Origin: an uncultured archaeon
GTDB taxonomy: Archaea; Asgardarchaeota; Lokiarchaeia; Sigyniarchaeales; SOKP01
Assembly (NCBI GenBank): GCA_964447495.1
Contig: CAYUTF010000002.1
Location: forward strand, 51,639 to 115,638
Direction of reading: 5' to 3'
DNA length: 64,000 nucleotides
The notes under the pieces were generated by a model. That model worked only from the letters and a program-made list of their open reading frames with translations. It was not told the origin of the DNA and did no database searches. Positions 21,888 through 31,805 of the stretch are shown in pieces. Position 1 is the stretch's first letter; each line of letters opens with the position of its first letter. The position numbers were made by a program, and so were the translations under genes.

Positions 21888-22685
21888 ATGCTACTAGAAC
21901 TAAAGAACGTAACTATTCCTACTTTTGACCAAAAATGTGTAATTGTAAACAATATTTCATTTGGAGTCAAAGAAAATTCCATACATGCCGTTATTGGACC
22001 TAATGGTTCAGGAAAATCCACATTGGCATATACCATAATGGGATTAGAGTTATATAAAATAAAAGAGGGTAATATCATATTCGATGGAAAGGATATTACT
22101 AATCTTTCAATAACAGAACGGGCAAAGTTAGGAATAACTTTAACATGGCAAGAACCAGCGAGAATAGAAGGATTATCTGTTTTCAAATATATAACACTTG
22201 GAATTAAAGATAAGACTATTTTAAAAGAGAGAGTTGATGAATCATTAAAAATAGTTAATTTAGAGCCTGAAAAATATATGAATCGAAAGATAGATGAGAC
22301 ACTTAGTGGTGGAGAACGCAAAAGAATTGAATTAGCTGCGGCAATCGCGATGAGACCAAGATTAATCATTTTAGATGAACCTGATAGTGGATTAGATATG
22401 ATTGTTGTGGAGGATTTCTTAAATATTTTTAATAGAATAAAAGCTTTGGATATGACAATTTTACTCATCACTCATCGTGAGGATATAGGGATGGTAGCAG
22501 ATTATGGAACACTTTTATGGCGAGGAGATGCATTATTAACAGATGAATTCCCTAAAGTGATGCTTAAATATTGTGCTAAGGCAGGACTGAAAGAATTCTG
22601 TAAAAGAACCCTCTATAAGAATGGAGGAGTATGTTTTGATAACGATTATATCGATAAAATTTTCAGAGAGGAAAATATGTCATGA
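21888..22685 (+). CDS. sufC: SufC/SmsC Fe-S assembly ATPase
   Basis: GPNGSGKST, WQEP, LSGGERKRIE, LDEPDSGLD; Cys-containing C-terminus. Confidence 0.9.
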   Translation: MLLELKNVTIPTFDQKCVIVNNISFGVKENSIHAVIGPNGSGKSTLAYTIMGLELYKIKEGNIIFDGKDITNLSITERAKLGITLTWQEPARIEGLSVFKYITLGIKDKTILKERVDESLKIVNLEPEKYMNRKIDETLSGGERKRIELAAAIAMRPRLIILDEPDSGLDMIVVEDFLNIFNRIKALDMTILLITHREDIGMVADYGTLLWRGDALLTDEFPKVMLKYCAKAGLKEFCKRTLYKNGGVCFDNDYIDKIFREENMS

Positions 22686-23644
22686 GTAAAACTGGCTATC
22701 CTGAAGAAATATTGCAAAGTCTTGAAGATTATAACATCGATATTCGAGATTTTATGCCTGGTCATGGTAAGGGTGCAAAATTATTATTGAATTTTAATAA
22801 AATTTCAGGAATAGAACAAGTAGAGGGTGTTATTTTACAAGGAAAAGAAATTCCAAATGGTATTATTGCTGATGTGATTATTAAAGAGGGAACGGTTCAT
22901 GAAGAACCGATACATCTATGTTTTGGAGTAAACAAAGAAACGGGAATTCAAGAAATCTTTCCTAGGATTATTGCAGAGGATAATACTGATGTAAAAATAC
23001 AAGCACATTGTAGTTTTCCTAATGCAGATGGTTTAATCCATAAAATGTTCGGTCATTTTTATATAGGAAATAATTGTAATTTCGAATATAGCGAAACTCA
23101 TTACCATGGAGAGAAGAGTGGTGCTTTAGTGGCTCCTGTAGCCTATATGTATATAGGAGAGAATAGCGTTTTCGAAAATAATTTCAATTTAACTAAGGGA
23201 ACTCCTGGTAAGGTTAAAATTTTAATTGATATTTATGCGATGAAAAATAGTGTAATTAAGTCAAATATAAGAGCATTTGGCAAAAGTAGGCGTGATTCGA
23301 TCAGAATTAAAGATTCTGTGTTTCTTGAGGGGGAAAAAGCAAGAAGTATAATAAAAATGAAAGCTGCAGCTCGAGATGGTGGAGAGGTTTTAATGTTCGG
23401 CGTTACTGAAGGGAATGCTCCATATTGTAATGGTCATGTAGAATGCAGCGAAATAGTACTTGGAAAAGGCTCAATCTGCAGAGCACGTCCATTTATTAGG
23501 GCAACAGACCCTACATGTAGTGTTTCACATGAAGCTTCTTTAGGAAGATTTCCGCAAAAATGGTTAGATGAAATTCAAGCAAAAGGTTTGACAGAAGCAG
23601 AAGCAACAGATATCCTAATAGAAGCAATGCTTAATGAAGATTAA
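22682..23644 (+). CDS. sufB: SufB/SufD (SmsB) Fe-S scaffold
   Basis: PIHLCFG, AHCSFP, GHVECSEI, HEASLG; overlaps sufC by 4 nt. Confidence 0.85.
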   Translation: MSKTGYPEEILQSLEDYNIDIRDFMPGHGKGAKLLLNFNKISGIEQVEGVILQGKEIPNGIIADVIIKEGTVHEEPIHLCFGVNKETGIQEIFPRIIAEDNTDVKIQAHCSFPNADGLIHKMFGHFYIGNNCNFEYSETHYHGEKSGALVAPVAYMYIGENSVFENNFNLTKGTPGKVKILIDIYAMKNSVIKSNIRAFGKSRRDSIRIKDSVFLEGEKARSIIKMKAAARDGGEVLMFGVTEGNAPYCNGHVECSEIVLGKGSICRARPFIRATDPTCSVSHEASLGRFPQKWLDEIQAKGLTEAEATDILIEAMLNED

Positions 23645-23699
23645 TAATATTAAAAATGAGAATTAGAGAGGAAAATTAAAATAGAAAAAGTGAAAAAAA

Positions 23700-24218
23700 A
23701 TGGGAAAAAATAAACTAAAAGTGGGAGAGAAAGCTCCTTTATTTCAAATAAATTCCTTTAATATGGGCAATATTGTACTAAAAGATTTAATAGGCAAACA
23801 AAAAATAGTAATAATCTTTAGTAGATACTTCGGATGCCCGATATGTCAGTTAGATTTGAACATTTTACTTGAGAGTGTTCCAAAAATACGAGAAAAAGGA
23901 GCAATATTGTTATATATAACACAATCAGGGGAAGAAGTGGCTAATCAATTTATTAAGAAATATTCAATTGATTTCCCTGTAATATCGTCTACAAAGGAAG
24001 AATTATATGCCGAATATGGGTTAGGAATGATGACTGCGGGTGCATTAACGAAAATTCCGGGAAAATTAAAAGAAGCAAAATCTAAGGGAATAGAGCATGG
24101 TGACTATGAAGGTTGGGAAAAACAAGGCCCAGGACAGTTTGTAATAGATGAGAATGGAATAATTATCCATGCAGAAACAGGTTGGTTATATCTTCCTGGA
24201 ATATTTGAAGTTTTATGA
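23700..24218 (+). CDS. AhpC/TSA peroxiredoxin-like protein
   Basis: LKVGEKAP, FSRYFGCPIC, GQFVID. Confidence 0.85.
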   Translation: MGKNKLKVGEKAPLFQINSFNMGNIVLKDLIGKQKIVIIFSRYFGCPICQLDLNILLESVPKIREKGAILLYITQSGEEVANQFIKKYSIDFPVISSTKEELYAEYGLGMMTAGALTKIPGKLKEAKSKGIEHGDYEGWEKQGPGQFVIDENGIIIHAETGWLYLPGIFEVL

Positions 24219-24273
24219 TTCAGTCAAATAGATAAAATGTAGAAGTGAACAATATATAAGTTTGGAATGATAA

Positions 24274-24918
24274 ATGAAAGAAAATACGAAATACCATGAT
24301 TATCTTTTCAATGGTAAGATTGTAGTTGATGAAATCCAACCTTGGTTTGAGTTTGGAACCGGAAAACCGTGGGATGATTCTGAAATACCATGGGTTTTGG
24401 ATAATAAAGTTCGGAGAGAAATTTTAATAATTCTTTCAGATGGATCTAAAACGCTAAAGGAAATACGGGATAAGATACATTTTTCGCCAAAACCATTGTT
24501 GATTAATCAAGAAAAATATAATCCTAAGATAAAATATCAGTGGGATGAGGCTACTATTCAGAATCATTTAATGAATCTGGAATGGTATAATCTCATTAAA
24601 GTTAAAGATAACAAATATGAATTAACCTTTCCGATCTTTAAAAAGAAAGATATGTCCAATTTAGAGCAATATATATTACAGTTTGCTAATAATTGGATAA
24701 AAGTTATTTTAAATACAAAAGAGCATCTGCAGAAAGCTTATGCAAATTCTGATAATTACCCAGAAATATTAGAAATTTTGATAGATAAAGCAGTTGGAAA
24801 ACTCTATGAACTTCTAAAAGAACAAAATCTGCTTCCAAATGAACCCAATTTAAAAGCATTATGGGCGGAGCAAATAAGAGCTATTAAATTTGAAGAGTGG
24901 CTTAAAAAAGCTTTTTAA
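24274..24918 (+). CDS. Winged-helix protein (putative regulator)
   Basis: NKVRREILIIL ... TIQNHLMNLEWYNLI, ArsR-like pattern. Confidence 0.55.
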   Translation: MKENTKYHDYLFNGKIVVDEIQPWFEFGTGKPWDDSEIPWVLDNKVRREILIILSDGSKTLKEIRDKIHFSPKPLLINQEKYNPKIKYQWDEATIQNHLMNLEWYNLIKVKDNKYELTFPIFKKKDMSNLEQYILQFANNWIKVILNTKEHLQKAYANSDNYPEILEILIDKAVGKLYELLKEQNLLPNEPNLKALWAEQIRAIKFEEWLKKAF

Positions 24919-25094
24919 ATTTCACCAATGGGTTCTTTTTCAAATTTTTTTCTTTTTTATATTACCTGCATATCACTTAATTTCAAAAGAAAATCTCATA
25001 TTTTTTTAATATATATATGTGGATATTTCTCTGCTATTATAAGCTTATCCATAGATAATTTTCATAATATGAAAACCTGTGTAGGAATCAAATC

Positions 25095-25358
25095 ATGATG
25101 ATTAGTTCGGATCTAAGTGAATCGGAGCCCATTTTAAATTTAAAAGATTTATTTTATGATATTGCCGTTTTTGAAGATATTAAACAAAAGATTGAAAATA
25201 TTCCTAGAAATTCAATAAATGAAAACTTCAAATTGCTTCAACAGATTCAAAACATTCTTCAAAAGTGCTCTCACCTAACCGATAAACAAAAATTTTTATA
25301 TTGCGAAAGTCAAAGATATTTTATGAAATTATATTTACGGGATGTTAACAGCCAATAA
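25095..25358 (+). CDS. Hypothetical protein
   Basis: 87-aa ORF. Confidence 0.5.
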   Translation: MMISSDLSESEPILNLKDLFYDIAVFEDIKQKIENIPRNSINENFKLLQQIQNILQKCSHLTDKQKFLYCESQRYFMKLYLRDVNSQ

Positions 25359-25402
25359 ATATGATTATCCTCATTTTATTCCCTAAATTTATTCCTAATG
25401 AT

Positions 25403-27103
25403 TTAAAAATAATACTTTCTTACTTCTCTGATTACTAAATTAATCAAATCACTATCTTTCTTGATAGGATATAAGTTCACTTTTTTAGAGAGGTCCTTAA
25501 ACTTATTTTTAGGAATTTTAGAGGATCCAATGAAAAACCCAACAACATGATGCCCTTGGTCTGTTAAAGTTAGGAACAACTTTTTGGAAGCATTCCAATT
25601 ATAAATTCCAAAATCAGTAATAATAAAGACCAAAACATTATTAGTGGCAATTTTACATTGATTAGAAATTGCTTTCAGTGGGAGTTGAGTGCCTCCACCT
25701 TGATATCTCAGTAAAGTTTCTTCTGCTAAATGATAATTTGATGTCCAATTGCATGTATCTGCTATGTTAGAAAAATTAATTACGCTAAATTTTATTGCTT
25801 TTTGCGCAGCAAAGTGAAGTGCCGCAAAAGCTGCAATTAATGCAGTATGATAAGTTCCTGTGGGATGCTTTTTATTATAATTCCAATTCATTGAACCTGA
25901 AGAATCAATAACAAGTAAAAGATCTGGTATTTGTACTTCACGAATTATTCCATCATGTTCTCTCTTTACCCATTTTCGTGTTGTAATATTTGGTATAATA
26001 ATTGGACTGTTTAGTAGAGTTTGAGTTATATCTAATTCCTCTATAGGATCCCCTAATCGCCATGTTTCTGGAAAAATGGGCAATTCTTCTCCCTTTTTCT
26101 CTTCATATATTTTAATTTGGATTAAATCTTTAGCTTTTCCTCTATACCATGTAGCTAAAGGATTCAAATCTAAGAGAATTCCTGCTTGACTCGCAGGAGC
26201 TCCAAATTCTGAATAAGGTGTTTCTTTTGCAAAATCCTCTGCTTTTTGAGTTAAAGTATCCTTATTATCGGGTTTTAATTTATCAATATTTCTACTTTCG
26301 ATGGGATTATCCATTATTTCTATAATATCTTCTGGAATTTCAATATACATATTTTCTTCTGCAGGAGATTTCTTATTAACGAAATTTTTTCTTTTTTTGT
26401 GTTTGATGTCGACTAGATTAAATGTTACATTTATTAATGGCTGTAAAATTAAAGCGAGTTTTGATACTTTTTTCTCCCATAAAGATTCATCTTCAAATTT
26501 ATTAGAGATAATCTCTTCTGCCCTCTCTGCTAGAAGATTTAATTCATCAGGTATTTTACTCTTTAGAAGTGTGATTTTTAACAATTTTTCATAAACACAA
26601 AAAAGAAATATGGAGAAATCACTCATTCTTTTATGATGAGCTTCTAATATATGATTGTAAGTGGTTTTAAGTTCCCAAGATATAAGTTTAGGGTGTTTTG
26701 CGTATAACTTTGTATCAATAATTAAATCGGAAAACAAATTTACTACGATTGGAGCAAAAGTTTCATTAATATGTTTCATTGCTGCTTTTAATAACTTAGC
26801 ATTAGTGAATCCATCATAAGGAATGATCTGATAATGAGATACTTCGTGTAATGTAATAGCATAAAAAAAATTAATATAATCGTCATCGTTTAAAAAAACC
26901 GGACAATTTGCTAAATTCATTGTAATTTGCCATCTATGAATAGGATCTATATAAAATCCTTCTCTATTTGAATAATCAAATACGAAATTTGGTTCACTTA
27001 AAGGAGGAAAGTAAAATTCAGCAAGAGTTTTATTAAATGCTACTTTGGCAAATGTTATGACTTTTTTCTCTTTATCGTTTAAGTCTCTATTTTTAGCGCT
27101 CAT
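25403..27103 (-). CDS. vWA domain protein with N-terminal HExxH domain (probable MoxR partner)
   Basis: HEVSH; MIDAS DSSGSM, GGGT, ITD. Confidence 0.85.
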   Translation of the reverse strand: MSAKNRDLNDKEKKVITFAKVAFNKTLAEFYFPPLSEPNFVFDYSNREGFYIDPIHRWQITMNLANCPVFLNDDDYINFFYAITLHEVSHYQIIPYDGFTNAKLLKAAMKHINETFAPIVVNLFSDLIIDTKLYAKHPKLISWELKTTYNHILEAHHKRMSDFSIFLFCVYEKLLKITLLKSKIPDELNLLAERAEEIISNKFEDESLWEKKVSKLALILQPLINVTFNLVDIKHKKRKNFVNKKSPAEENMYIEIPEDIIEIMDNPIESRNIDKLKPDNKDTLTQKAEDFAKETPYSEFGAPASQAGILLDLNPLATWYRGKAKDLIQIKIYEEKKGEELPIFPETWRLGDPIEELDITQTLLNSPIIIPNITTRKWVKREHDGIIREVQIPDLLLVIDSSGSMNWNYNKKHPTGTYHTALIAAFAALHFAAQKAIKFSVINFSNIADTCNWTSNYHLAEETLLRYQGGGTQLPLKAISNQCKIATNNVLVFIITDFGIYNWNASKKLFLTLTDQGHHVVGFFIGSSKIPKNKFKDLSKKVNLYPIKKDSDLINLVIREVRKYYF

Positions 27104-27464
27104 CCCTATTAACTGAGTTATATTTATGATATTTTGTAGTTAAATCATTTATTCTTATTATAAGAGGATATTTATTTTTTTTATTCCTTAGACTTATATA
27201 AGCAATAATATAATAATAATTTATAATTACAATAACTCTTAGAACTTTTAAATTTAAAAGGTTTGCAATAAGATTATCCAATCCAAATTTAATAATAAAA
27301 GATTATAGAAAATTTCTCTTTAAGATCACCTATTAAAATTGACATAATAAAAGTAGTAAATAAGCAATCACTTGAATTTGCCCATTTTGCGAGTATTTGG
27401 AAGAAAAAGCCATCCATGGAAATAAAGAATAATAAAATATTGATGTGTTTTGGTAATTTTAGAT

Positions 27465-28136
27465 ATGTCGTATGTTTATATGAAAGCATTGGAAAAAAAG
27501 GCGAAAAAATATGATAAAGGAATAAGATTTTTAACGTTAGGACGACTTCCGAAAATCAAAAGTTATATTTCAGATACTATAGTTCAGAAGAATGATACTA
27601 TTTTAGATATCGGCATGGGCACGGGAACATTCGCAATTTTATGTGCAAAAAAAGGAGCAAATGTTATTGGTATTGACAATTCAGAAAAAATGCTGGAAGT
27701 GGCAAAAAAAAATATTGAAGTAAAAAGATTAATGCATAGGATCCAAATCATTAAAATGCCAGTCATTGAATTAGATCACCAATTTTCTGATAATTCATTT
27801 GATAAAATTACTGCTATATTAGCATTTAGTGAACTTTATCAGGACGAGCAAAATTTTTGCTTGAAACAGATAAATAGAATATTACGCGATGATGGTGAAT
27901 TTATTTTAGTTGATGAAGTTAAACCTAAAAAAATTTTGAAAAAAATTGCATATCTTATTATTAGACTACCTTTAGTGTTTATCACATATCTAAAATCTCA
28001 ATTAACCACTAAATCTTTAAAAAACATTGAAGAGAGACTAAAAAATTATAATTTTTCTTTAATTGAAGAAAAATATTTTTTATTAGATACTTTAAAATTA
28101 TTTAGGTTGAAAAAGAGGATTAACACTGAGATGTGA
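27465..28136 (+). CDS. Class I SAM methyltransferase, CpaM-like (corrinoid protein-associated)
   Basis: MSYVYMKALE...YDKGIRFLTLG N-terminus; LDIGMGTG; overlaps the start of the HgcAB-like gene; ATG at 27465 preferred to the track start 27450. Confidence 0.75.
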   Translation: MSYVYMKALEKKAKKYDKGIRFLTLGRLPKIKSYISDTIVQKNDTILDIGMGTGTFAILCAKKGANVIGIDNSEKMLEVAKKNIEVKRLMHRIQIIKMPVIELDHQFSDNSFDKITAILAFSELYQDEQNFCLKQINRILRDDGEFILVDEVKPKKILKKIAYLIIRLPLVFITYLKSQLTTKSLKNIEERLKNYNFSLIEEKYFLLDTLKLFRLKKRINTEM

Positions 28137-29233
28137 GAAAAATGAGGATAAAAGATAGAGTAAAATTATTTTTTAGCTTTTTTTTTAGATGGACTGGTTT
28201 CCCTATAGAACCAACCCTTATAAAAGTTGGAAACCCTACAAATGAAAGTCCAGTTCTGCTTACATGTAATTTCATTTTAACAGTTAGGCGAGTTTTAAAG
28301 GCAATTAAAAAGCTTGACTGCTTTTTATTAATCGCTCCTTCCAAAGGAATTAATGTATGGTGTGGAGCGTGTGGAGATGATTTTCATACAGATTCAGTCT
28401 TATCAATTATAAAAACCAGCGGGATTAACGATGTTGTGTCTAATAGGACTTTAATTTTACCTCAATTAAGCGCTCCTGGAATAGATCCAACAATTATTAA
28501 AAAAAAATCGGGATGGACAGCAATATTTGGACCAGTTTATGCAAAAGATATTCCATCATTTATTAATAGTAAACTTAAAAAATCAGAGTCACAAAAAATA
28601 GTTAGATTTCCGATTTCTCATAGAGCTGAAATGGCTACATTATATTTCTCTATTTTAATTCTTTTATTTTCAATTATCTTTTGGATTGTTGCCATTTTTT
28701 TATCAATCTTGAATCTAATACTTTATTTAGAGACCGTCTCAATTTTAGCGATTATTATTTATGGCTCTATGCTGATTTTACCCAGTATTCCCTTTAAATC
28801 TGGAAAAATAATGGTATGGATTTATGAGGGTTTTGTTCTTCTCTTAATAGTACTATTCAATCTATTCATAATGGTTAGTATTTTTCATCTAATATGGAAC
28901 ATAATCTTTTCTTTTTTAATTTCAATGATTATGGCAGAAGATTTCCATGGGTTAACCCCAATTTATAAAAGTGAATTAGGTGAAAAAACTTGGAAGAAAG
29001 GTAATGAAAAAATGAGATTTTTATTTGGTGAATACAAATTACAGCCATATGGTCAGATTGCTATTATGAGAGATAAATGCATTGGATGTAAAGTATGTTT
29101 AGAAGTCTGTCCGAGAAGTTTATATGTATATAATGAAATTGATAAAAAGGTTGATTTAAGAACTCCTGAAAAATGCATAAATTGTAATGCTTGCGTTAAA
29201 AGATGTTTAGCCCAATGTCTTGAAATAAAGTAA
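28133..29233 (+). CDS. Fused HgcAB-like protein (corrinoid domain + TM helices + 2x4Fe-4S ferredoxin)
   Basis: GNP..SPVLLTCNF, GINVWCGACG, LILPQLSAPG, FGPVYAKDIP; 4 TMs; CIGCKVCLEVCP and CINCNACVKRC. Confidence 0.85.
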   Translation: MRKMRIKDRVKLFFSFFFRWTGFPIEPTLIKVGNPTNESPVLLTCNFILTVRRVLKAIKKLDCFLLIAPSKGINVWCGACGDDFHTDSVLSIIKTSGINDVVSNRTLILPQLSAPGIDPTIIKKKSGWTAIFGPVYAKDIPSFINSKLKKSESQKIVRFPISHRAEMATLYFSILILLFSIIFWIVAIFLSILNLILYLETVSILAIIIYGSMLILPSIPFKSGKIMVWIYEGFVLLLIVLFNLFIMVSIFHLIWNIIFSFLISMIMAEDFHGLTPIYKSELGEKTWKKGNEKMRFLFGEYKLQPYGQIAIMRDKCIGCKVCLEVCPRSLYVYNEIDKKVDLRTPEKCINCNACVKRCLAQCLEIK

Positions 29234-29310
29234 GTATTAATGAAATACATTGTCATATGCTCACGTTCATAATATATGTTGTATTAATCTAAAATAAAAA
29301 TGTTCATTCG

Positions 29311-29883
29311 ATGGTTATAATGCCTAATTCAAACAATACAAAAATGAATGATGGGGAATTACCACGCTCTGGATCGGTTATGTTTAATTTTCATTTTCAA
29401 AATGAAGAGGATAAGAAAAAGGTTTTAAAGCGATGGCAAAAAATAAATAAATATTTAATGATTCCATTGTATAGAGTGAAATTGCTACCGTTATTAGGAT
29501 TTGGGAAAATTTTTTTGATTTTAAAGACAAAAGGAAGGAAAACGGGAAAAATAAGAAGAACTCCATTAGAATATAGACGATACAACGATACTATTACCAT
29601 TTTTGCTTCAAGAGGGGAAGATACAATGTGGGTAAAAAATCTGCGTTCACATCCAGAGGATGTGTCAGTAATGTATGGATTCCATCATTTTAAACCTCAA
29701 ATAGAATTTATTGAAGATAAAAATCAAAAACTTACAATTATGAAATGGTATGTAAAGAATTTTGGAAAAGCAGCAAAAATGCTTTTTGGATGGGATCCAA
29801 AAAATGATGATCCTGAAACAATTGATTTTACAAAATTAATAAATTTGATATCTATTATCTTACTTCATAAAATTAGTAAATGA
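29311..29883 (+). CDS. F420-dependent (deazaflavin) nitroreductase family protein
   Basis: LKTKGRKTGKIRRTPL, WVKNLRSHP. Confidence 0.85.
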   Translation: MVIMPNSNNTKMNDGELPRSGSVMFNFHFQNEEDKKKVLKRWQKINKYLMIPLYRVKLLPLLGFGKIFLILKTKGRKTGKIRRTPLEYRRYNDTITIFASRGEDTMWVKNLRSHPEDVSVMYGFHHFKPQIEFIEDKNQKLTIMKWYVKNFGKAAKMLFGWDPKNDDPETIDFTKLINLISIILLHKISK

Positions 29884-29904
29884 ATTATTAAAGTAGTTGA
29901 AAAA

Positions 29905-31692
29905 TTATCCTTCTTTTTCAATATATTCTAAATTTTCTAAAAGAGATCTTAACTTTAAGGCATTTGCACCTCCAGATACCTGTATATTAACTATTGAATC
30001 CTCATCCGTACCAGTAACATTGGTTTCGATTAATACCTTTTCTGCTCGTATCTGTTTTGTTTGCCGTTTACTTAATGCTTCTTTTAAGGGTTGATCCAAA
30101 TTTGGAAATTCAGCAGCAATTTCTACCCAGACTTCTTTTTGATGAGAATATTTAAACGTAAAATCTGAGACTGTTTGTTTATAAAGTTCTTGATCGCACC
30201 AATTAATTAGATAGGCTCTATTAGGAAATTCAAGATCATCAATTAAATTATTCCTAATTTCAGATAAACTTTTAATATCTCCATTCTTCACAGCGATATC
30301 TATTTTTCTAGCTAATTTTGAATACTTTTTTGCTTTTACTGATTTTATAAAAGAGATCAGATCAAATTTAACTATTAAATCGTTCATTGCATAATTATCG
30401 AGCATTTTTAAATCATTTACTTCTGGAGTTCCATCACGAAAACGAGTAGCTATTTCATAACAGGGCTTTCGATTAATATATCGTTTCTTAATTTCTTCTA
30501 AAACATGTTTAGTAAACTCATATTTATTACCCCAGAATGGTGCTTTCTCCAATTCTCGTGATGTATATTTCACGCGATGGGATATTATGTAAGGTGCAAT
30601 TGTATTTACAATATTAATATCAACTATATTCAAGTTTAATAACCATGCTAAAGCTTTAGAATATCTAAGAAGATCTTTTGCTACTCTTACACTTAGAATG
30701 GAATCAATTTTATTGCAAACGCTTTGTTCGGTGTTGAAATGACATCCAGAACACAATCCAGAACTGGGTTTGATATTTTCAGAATTCCCCTTATCTACGC
30801 GAGCACATAAAGTATATTCTCTTATTATTGCATGAATATAATTATTCACTTCTGTTTCGAATTTCATCTTGTTTACATGGTACCAAATTTCCATGAGACC
30901 ATCAATATGTAAGATTTTAGGTACTTCAATCAATTCATCATATCCAGAATATTTTTCGTCCTTTCCTGTAAGTATTAATGATAAATCATTACTTGTTGGC
31001 ATTGAGATAGGAACTGATATTCCAAAACGATCTAGAAACGGTTGAGACAGTTTTCGAATAATTTGGAAATCAAATTAAATTTCGAATGTCCCAACATCTT
31101 GTGGATTTATAGTAGCATAAAGCGTGTATTTTTCTATAGTATTAATGGCATCGTAATATTTTACTTTTCCTTCAGCTAATAAGGATAAAAGAATATCTTG
31201 GGCATATGGTGTCAATCTGTTGACCTCATCGATAATTTTCCAAAATCCAGTTACAAATTGCCTCCAAACGACTACTTCTTCCCCGTCTTTCATTAACTTT
31301 CCTAATTTTAAAGTCCCTGTAAGTTTTTCTTCTGTGAGTTGCGGTTAGCCGTTAAACGCTGAGAGCGATTAACTATGACCCCTTACAATGGAACTTTCAA
31401 TTTGATCCAATGTCATACCAGTGAACATCCTACCTAATAGTTTAACTAAAGTAGTTTTACCCCCACCATGTCCTCCAACTAATAACATAGCAGAGTTTGG
31501 TACTAGCGCATTTAAAACACACATAGATAAAATTTCAGGCAATGTATTTGTTATAAGCTTCTTCTTATCCTCATTAAAATATTTAACTTCCAAATTTTTA
31601 GAATGAACAAATAATTGATTTGCTTGGATGAGGTTAATAGTGTTCCATACTTTTTTTCTTAATGATTCTTCTTCTCCTAATATATTTGACAT
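29905..31692 (-). CDS. MoxR-like AAA+ ATPase, three exons (31692-31375, 31344-31081, 31050-29905), 575 aa after splicing
   Basis: Walker A GGHGGGKT, Walker B IIDEVNR, sensor NPQDVGTFE|LSQPFLDRF; the three track ORFs are in one frame and separated only by two 30-nt inserts. Confidence 0.9.
31051..31080 (-). other. Putative BHB mRNA intron 2 (30 nt)
   Basis: mRNA GGGACA UUCG AA|A UU UAAUUUG auuuc CAAAUUA UU CGAA AA|C UGUCUC: 6-bp outer helix, 4-bp central helix, two 3-nt bulges; in-frame UAA inside. Confidence 0.88.
31345..31374 (-). other. Putative BHB mRNA intron 1 (30 nt)
   Basis: mRNA GGUC AU|A GUUAA U CGC ucuca GCG U UUAAC GGCU AA|C: 4-bp central helix, 3-nt bulges, inner stem; two in-frame UAA. 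Confidence 0.85.
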
Positions 31693-31805
31693 AAAGATTA
31701 TCTTTCAAAGATTTTTATTATTATTTTAATTATGGTTCTATAGTATTTATAAAATAGTATTACAAAATTAATAGAGAAGGGAGAATCAATTTAGTTATAA
31801 AACAA

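Noticed and set aside
31051-31374. Stop-codon readthrough or simple pseudogenisation as the explanation of the MoxR breaks
   Set aside because: Readthrough would insert 10 residues into conserved motifs and would need three UAA recodings; random decay would not give two exact BHB-bounded inserts
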